Origin: Patescibacteria group bacterium
Lineage (GTDB): Bacteria; Patescibacteriota; Minisyncoccia; UBA6257; UBA9933
Direction of reading: 5' to 3'
Assembly (NCBI GenBank): GCA_038062875.1
Contig: JBBTWF010000007.1
Span: 1-60,058, forward strand
DNA: 60,058 nucleotides
Of the stretch, positions 32,736 through 42,643 are shown in pieces. Below the pieces are notes generated by a model. The model ran no database searches. It saw only the letters and a list, made by a program, of their open reading frames with translations, and had not been told where the DNA came from. Numbering within the stretch: the first letter of the stretch is position 1; each line of letters opens with the position of its first letter. The position numbers and the translations under genes were made by a program.

Positions 32736-33307
32736 ATTTTATCATTGTTATTATTATTTGTCATTGTTTTATACTTTTCATATTCCGGTAAATCTTCCAC
32801 TTTTGAAACGCCTAAATATTTTAACAAATCAAAGCTCGGTTGATAAAGATACATATTGGCTCTTTCGGAGTCAAGAAAACGCTCAACCAATCCCCTTATT
32901 AAAAGAGCGCGCAATATAAAAGAAGAATTCACTCCGCGATAAAAATCAATCTGCGCCCGTGAAACAGGCCCAAGATAAGATATCAATGAAAGAGTTTCCA
33001 AAGAAGCAGGAGTAAGATTTTCTTTCGATTCTTCTTTGATAATATTTTCTATTATTGAAGAAAATTCCGGCTTGGTTGCCAATTGGACAAATTCGCCTGC
33101 TGGCGAATTGGAAAAAATCAATTTAAATCCCCTGTTTTCAGCTGAAGATTCTTGCTCAATTTGTTGAAGAGTATTTTTCACATTTAATTCGCTAGTTTTT
33201 AAAATTTTGGAAATTCGTTTTGTCTCCAACGGCTCCCCATAAACAAAAAGAAGCGCTTCGATTGCTCCGGTGATATTCTGATTTTCTGGATTTTTAACTT
33301 CGGTCAT
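32732..33307 (-). CDS. scpB: SMC-Scp complex subunit ScpB
   Basis: IEALLF, LETLSLISY..PVSRAQID.YRGVNS. Confidence 0.92.
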   Translation of the reverse strand: MTEVKNPENQNITGAIEALLFVYGEPLETKRISKILKTSELNVKNTLQQIEQESSAENRGFKLIFSNSPAGEFVQLATKPEFSSIIENIIKEESKENLTPASLETLSLISYLGPVSRAQIDFYRGVNSSFILRALLIRGLVERFLDSERANMYLYQPSFDLLKYLGVSKVEDLPEYEKYKTMTNNNNNDKI

Positions 33308-33342
33308 ATTTCTTTAGTATTTATTATATTAAATTAAAAACA

Positions 33343-34056
33343 TTAAAACAAACTTCTTTCGTGTTTCGTAATAGCTATTTCCGAAAATCCTTCCTTTTGT
33401 TCAACTTTAATAATTTGGTCTCGCAATAAATGAAGCAAAGCCAAAAAAAGAATAATCACTTCGGAGCGGGATTTTTCTTTAGTGAGTTCTCCAAATTGCT
33501 GAAGACCTTTTTCCAAACGATTAATAACTTCTTTGATTTTTTCTTCCAAACTTATCATTGACGATTCAATTATTTGGACTTCCGGCTCTAATTGTTTCAG
33601 CGCCTCAAAAATGGACTCTACGGATTTTCGAAGAATTTCAACGTTTAAATCTTTGGGCGGATAAAAAACCGGCGGCCGTCCGTGGAAAAGCGGCCGCGAC
33701 ACTGAATAACCTTTCCGCTCCCAGGCCTTTTTAAATAAATTAATTGCCGGCTTGAATTCTTGATAGCGCCGCAATCGTTCTTCCAAGTCATTTATGCCAA
33801 TTTCTTCTTCTTCGGTTAATTCAAGGCCAGGCAACAAGGACTTGGATTTAATTAAAAGTAACCTTGAAGCGACGACGATGAAATCCGCCAAAAGACGCGG
33901 TTCAATCGTTTCAATCGTTTTAAGATAATTCAAAAAGTCGGCCGTCACTTCGGCCAAGCTCAAATCGGTAATAGACATTTTCTTTTCTTCAATAAATTCT
34001 AAAAGTTTTTCAATCGGCCCGGTGAATTGTTCTGTTTTCAACTCATAATTCTTCAT
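33343..34056 (-). CDS. scpA: Segregation/condensation protein A
   Basis: FTGP..LL, LLIKSKSLLP, FLALLHL; start MKNYELK overlaps the upstream stop. Confidence 0.92.
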   Translation of the reverse strand: MKNYELKTEQFTGPIEKLLEFIEEKKMSITDLSLAEVTADFLNYLKTIETIEPRLLADFIVVASRLLLIKSKSLLPGLELTEEEEIGINDLEERLRRYQEFKPAINLFKKAWERKGYSVSRPLFHGRPPVFYPPKDLNVEILRKSVESIFEALKQLEPEVQIIESSMISLEEKIKEVINRLEKGLQQFGELTKEKSRSEVIILFLALLHLLRDQIIKVEQKEGFSEIAITKHERSLF

Positions 34057-35270
34057 TGTGTTAACGCTTCTTTTGTATAAACATTCCTTGGGTCCCAAAG
34101 CATATATCCGTTAATAAATTCCGGAGTGCTGGAAGCCGCGTCATAAACCGCTTTTATCTGCGCTTTTACTTTTTCCGCGTCATAATCAGCGCCCAAATCA
34201 AAATCCTGAAGCCAGGGACGTAGTTTAGCTTCTGTAATAGTTGAAGTTGCTATTCGTTTAAGAGCAGATTCAATAGAATATTTAACTACCTCGTATGGAT
34301 GCTCGGCTGGATTTTTATATCCGTTAAAACCAGTGGCGTAATGCGACGGATAAACCATCGGAGCCACGAAATCAAAATATTGATAAGCGTCTTCAATAAT
34401 TTGACCAATGCCTAAATCATCTTTTTGAACTGTTGTTAAACCGAAAAGGTCGGCAGAAATTTTAATTCCAACTAACTGCTCGCGCAGATATTTAAAAAAA
34501 ATCTTTATAGTCCTACTTTTTAAAGTTTTTTCGTCCCAAAAAGGAAAAACCATATCGTCTAAATTGCCGTCAGAAGCAAAACGAATGTAGTCAAAATTTA
34601 ATTCGTCAAAACCGCGGTTGGCGGCGTCTTTGGCAATGGCGATATTATAATCCCAGACATCTTTACTAGCCGGATCCATCCAAGCGAGTTTTTTATGGTC
34701 AAGCCATAGAGTTTCAGGTGTTAGGTTTTGGGTGTTAGGTGTTAGTTTTGAACGGCTGTGAATAGCCAAATCCGGTCTGGCTTTTGCTAAAATCGGGTCT
34801 TGAAAAATCGTGATTCTGGCAATGACATAAATTCCTTCATCATGAAAACGTTTTATTAATTTATTGATTTGCGGAATTCTAATTTCTTTGGCTCCATATT
34901 TTTCAACATCGGCGTTTTCAATTTTATAAGCGACGTTGCCGGAATAATCTTTAATATCAATAATGATGGCGTTAAGTCCGGTGGTTTTGATAAGATTGAT
35001 AAAATAATCCACTTTGCTTTGCGAACCTGCTGACCAACCGGTGCTGTAAATCGCTTTAATTTCTTTCGGCGGATTTTCCAATGGCTTTTGAGGTTCAATA
35101 TCGGCGTTAATTGGAATCGGGTCAATTTTTTCCGTTGGCTCGGCTTCAGGAACAATCAAAGAGGCCAGCTCTTTCTTAATGTCGATTTCCACTAAGTTAT
35201 TTTTCTGAAAAAATAAAAAAACTCCGCTGACCGCGACTATTAAAATGACTATTTTGATGAATAATTTCAT
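34053..35270 (-). CDS. Putative glycoside hydrolase (DUF4015-like), membrane-anchored
   Basis: IDIKDYSG, GFDELNFDYIRF, PMVYPSHY, RPWLQDF. Confidence 0.8.
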   Translation of the reverse strand: MKLFIKIVILIVAVSGVFLFFQKNNLVEIDIKKELASLIVPEAEPTEKIDPIPINADIEPQKPLENPPKEIKAIYSTGWSAGSQSKVDYFINLIKTTGLNAIIIDIKDYSGNVAYKIENADVEKYGAKEIRIPQINKLIKRFHDEGIYVIARITIFQDPILAKARPDLAIHSRSKLTPNTQNLTPETLWLDHKKLAWMDPASKDVWDYNIAIAKDAANRGFDELNFDYIRFASDGNLDDMVFPFWDEKTLKSRTIKIFFKYLREQLVGIKISADLFGLTTVQKDDLGIGQIIEDAYQYFDFVAPMVYPSHYATGFNGYKNPAEHPYEVVKYSIESALKRIATSTITEAKLRPWLQDFDLGADYDAEKVKAQIKAVYDAASSTPEFINGYMLWDPRNVYTKEALTQ

Positions 35271-35376
35271 TATCAAATGAGCTTTTAATATCGGCATTTT
35301 AACACATTAAAATTCAAAAATTAAGCCCAAAGCTTGGAAAAGTTGAAAAAACGAAAAATTAATATACAATGGAACT

Positions 35377-36531
35377 ATGTTGGCAATTTACCGAAAATAT
35401 CGGCCTAAAACTTTATCCGACGTCTTGGGACAAGAAGCGGTTGTTGAAATTCTTCAAAACGCCGCTCAACAAGACCGTTTGGCTCACGCTTATTTATTTT
35501 ACGGACCGCGTGGCTCAGGCAAAACTACAGTTGCTCGCTTAATCGCCAAAATCGCCAACTGCGAAACCAGACAGAAACAATTAAAAGAAGCTCCGACGCC
35601 CGAAAGGGGTCGGAGTCCCGACTTTAACGTCGGGAGCGAGCCGTGTAATAAGTGCCGGCCTTGCCAAGAAATAGACAAAGGACTGGCGCTTGATGTGGTT
35701 GAAATTGACGCGGCGTCAAACCGCGGCATTGATGAAATCAGGGACTTAAAAGAAGGCATCCGACTCTCCCCTTCTTCTTACAAATTTAAAATTTTCATCG
35801 TTGACGAAGCTCATCAATTAACTTCAGCCGCTTTCAACGCTCTTCTAAAAACATTGGAAGAGCCGCCTAGCCACGCGATTTTTATTTTAGCCACAACCGA
35901 TTACGAAAAACTGCCGGCAACAATCACTTCCCGAACCCAAAAATTCCATTTCAAAAAATTGCCGCTGGTAAAAATTTTAGAAAAATTAAAATCTATCAGC
36001 AAAGCGGAAAAATTCAAAATCAATGATGACGCTCTGGAATTAATCGCTTCGGCCAGCGAAGGCAGTTTTCGGGACGCTGAATCATTGCTTGACCAAATAA
36101 TTTCCCTGGAAGACGGCTCTGTTGGATCGCAAGTCAAAGCCGAGAACGTTGAAAAAATTCTCGGCCGTATTGGTTTTTCACGAACCGCGGAAATGGCAGA
36201 ATTGCTGATTAAGCGGGACTTAAACGCCGCTCTTGATTATCTTTCCAAAATAAACGAAGGCGGATATAATTTACTGCAATTCAATAAGGATTTAATCCAA
36301 TATCTCCGACGGACTTTGGCTTTGAAAGTCAGTCCTGATTTGGAAAAAGAATTTAAACGGGAATTGATTGAACAAGAAATTGCCCTTCTTAAAAAACACA
36401 GCCAAATTGTTGACGAAAATAAAATGATTAATTTACTAAAATCATTGATTCGGGCTTATACGGAGATGAGATATAGTCCGTTTCCGATTGTGCCGTTGGA
36501 GGTGGCCATCATTGAAAATCTGAAAGAATAA
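35377..36531 (+). CDS. dnaX: DNA polymerase III subunit gamma/tau
   Basis: YRKYRP, GPRGSGKT, EIDAASNRG, DEAH, NALLKTLEEPP. Confidence 0.96.
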   Translation: MLAIYRKYRPKTLSDVLGQEAVVEILQNAAQQDRLAHAYLFYGPRGSGKTTVARLIAKIANCETRQKQLKEAPTPERGRSPDFNVGSEPCNKCRPCQEIDKGLALDVVEIDAASNRGIDEIRDLKEGIRLSPSSYKFKIFIVDEAHQLTSAAFNALLKTLEEPPSHAIFILATTDYEKLPATITSRTQKFHFKKLPLVKILEKLKSISKAEKFKINDDALELIASASEGSFRDAESLLDQIISLEDGSVGSQVKAENVEKILGRIGFSRTAEMAELLIKRDLNAALDYLSKINEGGYNLLQFNKDLIQYLRRTLALKVSPDLEKEFKRELIEQEIALLKKHSQIVDENKMINLLKSLIRAYTEMRYSPFPIVPLEVAIIENLKE

Positions 36532-36535
36532 TTAT

Positions 36536-36606
36536 TCCGGGGTCGGCTAATGGTAGGCCCGTAGCCTTTGAAGCTATTAATCTACGTTCGAATCGTAGCC
36601 CCGGAG
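36536..36606 (+). tRNA. tRNA-Gln(TTG)
   Basis: TCCGGGG/CCCCGGA acceptor stem, anticodon loop CTTTGAA, GTTCGAATC T-loop. Confidence 0.92.
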
Positions 36607-36667
36607 CATAAGGTTCTCAGCTAGGGGCTGATCCGCCTTTGGCGGAGAATCCCTGCCCGGCAGCAAT

Positions 36668-36699
36668 AAAAATCACTCTAACGCGTTAGAGTGATTTTT
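36668..36699. terminator. Bidirectional-type terminator
   Basis: Perfect palindrome AAAAATCACTCTAAC-GC-GTTAGAGTGATTTTT. Confidence 0.7.
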
Positions 36700-36787
36700 A
36701 TTTGACAATTACCTCAATATCCCTTATCATTTTTTTAGCACTAAATTAACTTAATAACTGATAACAAAACAGAAAGGGGTAAATGTA

Positions 36788-37159
36788 ATGAATTTAAAAC
36801 GAGTATCGCCGGGCGTCTGGGTTGAAAAAAGCAACAAAATAAACATAGTCCCCCATCCCGACCCATGCTGGTTAATTAAAGTAGAAGAAAGCGGCGGGAT
36901 TTTAGGATGTTCCGCCAAAGGTCTTTTAAGAGGCAAAGAAAAAGAACTTATGATTGCTTTCTACAACAAAGAGACGACAGACAAATACATTGAGCGGATC
37001 GGGCTAAAAAACGGCGCGTCAATATGTATGCGTTGGAATGACATAATCGACCGCTTCGGTAAATTTTTTGACGGAGTCATCGTCAACCCGCCAATCGAAT
37101 TTGATTTCTGTTGTGTCGCCCCACTGAAAAAAGACGAATATTATACATATTGTATGTAG
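36788..37159 (+). CDS. Orphan hypothetical protein
   Basis: TTGACA 36702 and TATCAT 36725 promoter, AAAGGGGT Shine-Dalgarno, hairpin after the stop. Confidence 0.65.
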   Translation: MNLKRVSPGVWVEKSNKINIVPHPDPCWLIKVEESGGILGCSAKGLLRGKEKELMIAFYNKETTDKYIERIGLKNGASICMRWNDIIDRFGKFFDGVIVNPPIEFDFCCVAPLKKDEYYTYCM

Positions 37160-37198
37160 AGGAATTAAAGAGGGTGTCTTTCATAGATGTCCTCTTTT

Positions 37199-37675
37199 TT
37201 ATTTATACACTATATTATACACTACAAGTATTCTCCTTATAATTAAATCATTTTTTGAACGCAAAAATGGGCCCGGAAAATCAAACCAAACCCTTTTAAA
37301 ATCAGCCAACTTTATTATTCTTAAATGTCCCAATTCCGGGTCCTGCAAATAAATATTTTTATTATCAATGCCGACAACCACTGAATAATGCCCGTCATCC
37401 CCTGAAAACCAATCAACTATTACGGGAATTTTTTTATCAATAACAAATTTCTTAATATCTTCTATGTTTGAAAAATCTTTAATAAAACCCTTAAAACCAA
37501 GTTTTTTAGCGGCTTTTAACAGGCCTTCTGCCTCAACGCCTTTTTCTTTCTTACAGCCAGAGAGTTTTGCCAGTTCCATTTCGCTTTTTTAAATTCCGAA
37601 ATAAGATAGAACCATCTTTAACGAAGCAGGACCGCAATATCCGGGTTTTTGCCTAAACGGCTTTATATTAAGCAT
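37199..37675 (-). pseudogene. C39-family cysteine peptidase interrupted by an in-frame TAA
   Basis: MLNIKPFRQKPGYCGPASLKMVLSYFGI*KSEMELAK...GHYSVVVG...QDP; stop at 37589-37591. Confidence 0.8.
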
Positions 37676-37735
37676 GTTTTCATTATAAACAGGATTATTG
37701 ATGACAACAAGATAGAAATTTACTATAATTTAAGT

Positions 37736-39448
37736 ATGGGTTCTGGAATTTTTGAATTAGCCATTGTTATTTTAATAGCAGCCGGTTTGGGAATCGCCGC
37801 CAAACTTTTTAAACAACCGATTGTCCTGGCTTATATTATCACTGGCATTGTTATCGGTTATTTCGGATTTTTTCATTTAGACAATAGAGAGGTTTTCAAG
37901 GTTTTTTCAGACCTTGGAATAATGTTCCTGCTTTTCTTGGTGGGCTTGGAAATAAACTTTACTTCTTTGCGATTGGTCGGCAAAACCTCTTTGATTGTCG
38001 GGTTGGCTCAAATTGTTTTCACTTTTATTATAGGATTTTTAATAGCTTTATTATTTAATTTTAACTACCTTCACTCGGCTTATATTGCCATCGCCCTTAC
38101 TTTTTCCAGCACCATTATTATCGTCAAACTGCTTTCCGAGAAAAAAGACCTTAACAGTTTATACGGAAAAATCAGCATCGGATTTTTATTGGTTCAGGAC
38201 TTCGTCGCTATTTTACTTTTAATTTTCTTGGCTGGAATTGAAAGCGGAGAAGGTTTGGCCCTTGATAATATTGTCTTAACAATTATCAAAGGCGCGGTTT
38301 TGTTCGGTTTAATGCTATGGCTGGGCAGAAAAATTTTTCCTTTGATTTTTGACAAAATCGCCCAATCCCAAGAACTTCTGTTTTTAACCAGTTTGGCATG
38401 GTGTTTTATATTGGCGACCATTGTCAGCCATCCAAAAATCGGGTTTTCCATTGAAATCGGCGGTTTCTTGGCCGGTTTGGCTTTGGCAAATTCTTCCGAA
38501 CATTTTCAAATATCCAGCCGCATCAGGTCGTTGCGGGATTTCTTTATTTTGATTTTTTTCGTTATTCTCGGCTCTTCAATGGTTTTTACGAATTTTTCAG
38601 GCATAACTTTGGCGATTATCGTTTTCTCGCTTTTTGTTTTAATCGGCAATCCGCTGATTGTTTTGATTATTATGGGATTAATGGGCCACCGGAAAAGAAC
38701 GAGTTTCCTTACCGGCGTAACAGTAGCTCAAATATCGGAATTCAGTTTGATTTTAGCGGCTTTCGGCTTAAAACTGGGGCATATTGACGAACGGACGGTC
38801 TCATTAATTACGGCTGTCGGCATTATCACTATCACTCTTTCAACTTATTTAATTATTTACGCTGACAAAATTTTTAGATACTTATCGAACTATCTTTCAA
38901 TTTTTGAACGCCGTTTCCCTAATAAAAACCACCGCTTAAAAAGTGGTTTTCATAAACCGATAATTTTAATCGGTTCTCACAGAATCGGTCAAGGAATCGC
39001 TTACCATATCCCAAAAGAAAAACTTTTAATAATTGATTTTGACCCGAATGTAATCGGCGAATTAAGGAGGGCAAAATACGATTATCTTTTCGGAGACATT
39101 TCGGACGAAGAAATTTTTGAACAAGCCGACATTCAAAACGCTCAATTGCTCATTTCCACAAGCCCTAATTTTGAGGATAATTTGATGCTTCTAAACGCAA
39201 TCAATCAATTAAAGAAAAAGAATCCGCCAGCTGGCGGAAATATTAAATTAAAAGTCATCTTACGGGCTCAAGACGAAAAAGAAGCTGAAATTCTTTATCA
39301 ACAAGGAGTTGATTACGCTTTATTGCCACATTTCACTTCAGGCCAATATTTGGGCAGAATCATCAAACTCGACCCGGAGTTGGCTCAACTTGAAAAATTA
39401 AAACAGCGTGATTTAAATTTGATTAGAAAAATAAACCACGCGCAATAA
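37736..39448 (+). CDS. CPA2 cation:proton antiporter with C-terminal TrkA-N/KTN domain (Kef-like)
   Basis: FLLFLVGLE, FSSTIIIVKLL, QDF, QISEFS; C-terminal Rossmann-like domain. Confidence 0.9.
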   Translation: MGSGIFELAIVILIAAGLGIAAKLFKQPIVLAYIITGIVIGYFGFFHLDNREVFKVFSDLGIMFLLFLVGLEINFTSLRLVGKTSLIVGLAQIVFTFIIGFLIALLFNFNYLHSAYIAIALTFSSTIIIVKLLSEKKDLNSLYGKISIGFLLVQDFVAILLLIFLAGIESGEGLALDNIVLTIIKGAVLFGLMLWLGRKIFPLIFDKIAQSQELLFLTSLAWCFILATIVSHPKIGFSIEIGGFLAGLALANSSEHFQISSRIRSLRDFFILIFFVILGSSMVFTNFSGITLAIIVFSLFVLIGNPLIVLIIMGLMGHRKRTSFLTGVTVAQISEFSLILAAFGLKLGHIDERTVSLITAVGIITITLSTYLIIYADKIFRYLSNYLSIFERRFPNKNHRLKSGFHKPIILIGSHRIGQGIAYHIPKEKLLIIDFDPNVIGELRRAKYDYLFGDISDEEIFEQADIQNAQLLISTSPNFEDNLMLLNAINQLKKKNPPAGGNIKLKVILRAQDEKEAEILYQQGVDYALLPHFTSGQYLGRIIKLDPELAQLEKLKQRDLNLIRKINHAQ

Positions 39449-39458
39449 ATAATAAAAA

Positions 39459-41123
39459 ATGAACGCTTTTGCCATATCTTCCATTTTAATCGTTGTTACC
39501 AATATCTTTTTAGGTATTTTTGTTCTTTGGAAAAGCAGAGATAAAAACATTAAATTTATCTGGTCGGCTTTTTGTTTTTTAATAGCCATATGGGGAATAG
39601 GCGGGTATAAAATTTCTATTTCGGTTTCTGAAGAAGAAACGCTGTTTTGGTTTAGCATTGGTTTTATCGGATCGATTTTAGTCCCTGTTCTTTATTACCA
39701 CTTTTTATATGCCGTTCTCCAATTAAACAAAAAACGCCACAAATTCATTCTTGGCGCGTCATATTTACTTGGCTTTGTTTTTTTATTCTTAAACGTCTTT
39801 TTTCCGTAGATTTTCTTCGGTCATTTAAAACTCAATTTCGTCAACCTATATTGGTTTTTGTTTAGTTCAGGAAAACTATCTTTTATTCACTACATAATTT
39901 TTTATTGGATTCTGCTTTCTTACGCTTTCTGGCAATTAATCGCGGCATACAAAAAATCGCAGGGCGTTTTTAGAAATCAGTTGAAATATTTTTTATTAAG
40001 CTCAATCATCGGCTGGCTTGGTCCTCACGGAGTATATCTTTTAGGTTTTGGTTTTTCTATTTATCCCTATTCTAATTTCCTCATCGCTATATATCCGATT
40101 ATCTTCGCCTACGCCATCCTCAAATACCAGCTCATGGACATCAAACTCATCATCAAAAAGGCCTTTTTCTATTCCGTCGGCGTTGGTCTTGTCGGCGGTT
40201 TCATCACAACAATCACATTTTTGAGTTATTGGTTCGTGGCAAACGTTCCCGGCTTCAAATTCTGGACAATTCCGTTAATCGCGTCTGTTCTCACCTTTTG
40301 GCTGGGCAATCTGTTCTGGCGCAAATCCAAACAAGTGGAAAAGGCGTATATCATAGAAAAACAGGCTCACAGCGAACTTCAACATCTATCCGAAGTCAAA
40401 GACCAGTTTATCTTGGCAACCCAGCATCATTTGCGAACGCCTCTAACTATTATGAAAGGTTATTTGTCAGCCATTCTAGATAAAGATAAAACATTACAAA
40501 CACAGACCAAAGACCGCCTTTCCAGAGTCTCCGTTTCTACCGACCGTCTCATCAAACTAGTCAACGAACTTCTGGACATTTCTCAGCTTCAGGTTGGCAA
40601 ACAGCCGTTGAATATACATCCAATCAATATCAGAGATATTATTGATGAAATCCTCAACGAATTTCAACAGGAAATCCAAACCAAGAACCTCAATATCAAG
40701 CTCATTCCAACAAACAAACAGGACTGGCCTCTTATCCCCGCTGACCTTGAAAAACTCAAAATCGCCTTGTCTAATTTGATTGATAATGCTGTCAAATACA
40801 CCCCGCACCAGAGCAAGCTCGGTGCGGGGCAAGCCCCCAAAGGAGAAATCATAATTCAAGGCAAAACCATCAATTCCTCCTTCCAAGTCGCCATCAAAGA
40901 CAACGGCATTGGCGTCAATCCGGAAGAAATCCCTACATTATTTACCAAGTATTTTGAACGAGGCGAGCAAGCGCAAAAACTCTACACCACAGGCAGAGGC
41001 ATTGGTTTGTTTATCGCCGCCTCAATCATAAAAGCGCACAACGGAAGAGTGTGGGCAGAGAGCGAAGGGATTGGGAAGGGGTCTGTGTTTTATGTGGAAA
41101 TGCCGATGGGAGAAAAATTATAG
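39459..41123 (+). pseudogene. Membrane sensor histidine kinase interrupted by an in-frame TAG
   Basis: ORFs 39459-39809 and 39858-41123 share one frame with a single TAG at 39807-39809; HHLRTPL, NLIDNAVKY, DNGIG, GRGIGL. Confidence 0.8.
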
Positions 41124-41843
41124 ATTAAAATATTTTTCCCACTTTTCGTAAAGTTCTTTTGTCGCCTTTAAATCCCCAGCGTTGTATCTGGCGATTTCCA
41201 AAAATTTCTTTTCTTTAAATAATCTTCCGACATCGTCTCCTGTCACGCCTTCCGACTTTGGACTTTTAATGCCGAATGCTCGGCTCCATAAATGAAGATT
41301 GCCTTTTTTACGAACAGCTCCGTAAAAAGTAAGCTGGTCTTGTAAATCTATATGTTTGCAATCCCTTTGTTGGTATAAATACCTCCCCTCCATCAAGTTT
41401 CTGGTTGGTTTGATGCCGTGAATAGCCGACCTTACCATAAGAAATGGAACGTCAAATCCTCTGCTGTTAAAACCAATAAATTCGTCGTATTCTTTCACGC
41501 CCTGCCAAAACTTTTCCAGCATTTCTTTTTCCGGCATTTGCTTGAATTTAATACCATCTTCACTGAATTCTTTTCCGCCAGCTGGTGGATTTTCTCCGGG
41601 CGCTTGAAAATAAACCGCTCCCTGGTTATTCCCGCAATCCAAAACTCCGATTGCGACAATTTCGCCGGTTAAAGGAGAAAAGCCCAAGCCAGATTTTAAT
41701 TCTTTAAGCGCCTCTTCGTACTCAATTTCCGACGATGATTCTTTTTCTATCCAGCGCGTTAAAACTCCTTGGGTGGTTTCGTCAAGCGAATCAAAATCTT
41801 CTCCAACTGTTTCAATATCAAAAACGAGTTTTCTGTTTGACAT
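41118..41843 (-). CDS. Predicted 3'-5' exonuclease (PolB-like/RNase H fold)
   Basis: VFDIET, GFNSRGFDVPFL, HIDL, YNAGD. Confidence 0.8.
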   Translation of the reverse strand: MSNRKLVFDIETVGEDFDSLDETTQGVLTRWIEKESSSEIEYEEALKELKSGLGFSPLTGEIVAIGVLDCGNNQGAVYFQAPGENPPAGGKEFSEDGIKFKQMPEKEMLEKFWQGVKEYDEFIGFNSRGFDVPFLMVRSAIHGIKPTRNLMEGRYLYQQRDCKHIDLQDQLTFYGAVRKKGNLHLWSRAFGIKSPKSEGVTGDDVGRLFKEKKFLEIARYNAGDLKATKELYEKWEKYFNL

Positions 41844-41872
41844 AAATATAATTATAGATTAAAATCGTTATT

Positions 41873-42145
41873 ATGGCACATACAAAATCTGGCGGTTCAA
41901 CTAAATTAGGGAGGGACTCAATCGGCAGGCGGCTTGGCGTGAAAAGACAAAACGGACAAACGGTGAAAGCCGGCGAAGTTTTGATTCGACAAAGAGGAAC
42001 AAAGTATTTACCGGGTTTAAACGTTAAACAAGGAAGAGACGACACTTTATACGCTCTTAAAAGTGGTGTTGTAAAATTCGCCTCCAAAAACAAAATTCGT
42101 TTTGACGGCAATAAACGTCATATTAAAGTTGTGAATGTAGGATAA
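41873..42145 (+). CDS. rpmA: 50S ribosomal protein L27
   Basis: [27 protein letters not shown]. Confidence 0.97.
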   Translation: MAHTKSGGSTKLGRDSIGRRLGVKRQNGQTVKAGEVLIRQRGTKYLPGLNVKQGRDDTLYALKSGVVKFASKNKIRFDGNKRHIKVVNVG

Positions 42146-42560
42146 CTTTAATTTTTGTTTTAACTCCGCTACCCAAATCAATCTCCACTTGATGCTCGCC
42201 GAGCGTTTTAAGAGACCTCTCCAATAATATTTCAGATTCAATCCCCTTCTCGGTAAGGGATTTTTTAATATCTTCTTTATTGATTGAGCCGAAAATTTCT
42301 CCTTTTTTTCCGGTTTTAACCTCAAATTTAAACTCACGGCCTTCTAAGCCCTTGGCCGATCTTTCCAATTTTGCTTTAATTTCTTTTTCCTTCTGTTCAA
42401 ATTTGGTTTTTTGAATTTCCAGTTCTTTAATTGCTTGGCTGGTGGCGATTTTCGCCAAATTTCTGGGAATCAAAAAATTTCTGGCATAACCGTCAGATAC
42501 ATTCTTGATATCGTATTTATTTCCTAAAGTTTTTATATCTTGGAGGAGAATTATTTTCAT
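42123..42560 (-). CDS. rplI: 50S ribosomal protein L9
   Basis: [11 protein letters not shown]...[17 protein letters not shown]. Confidence 0.95.
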   Translation of the reverse strand: MKIILLQDIKTLGNKYDIKNVSDGYARNFLIPRNLAKIATSQAIKELEIQKTKFEQKEKEIKAKLERSAKGLEGREFKFEVKTGKKGEIFGSINKEDIKKSLTEKGIESEILLERSLKTLGEHQVEIDLGSGVKTKIKVILHSQL

Positions 42561-42643
42561 TAGTATCAAGAATTTAGAAGTTAGGATTTAGAATTTAGGA
42601 ACTTTAATTAATAATTTTTAAAATAAGCCCTAAATCCTATATT

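Noticed and set aside
37589-39809. Stop-codon reassignment explaining the two in-frame stops
   Set aside because: The stops differ (TAA, TAG); all three stop codons end normal genes in the window; RF2 with a TGA frameshift site is present
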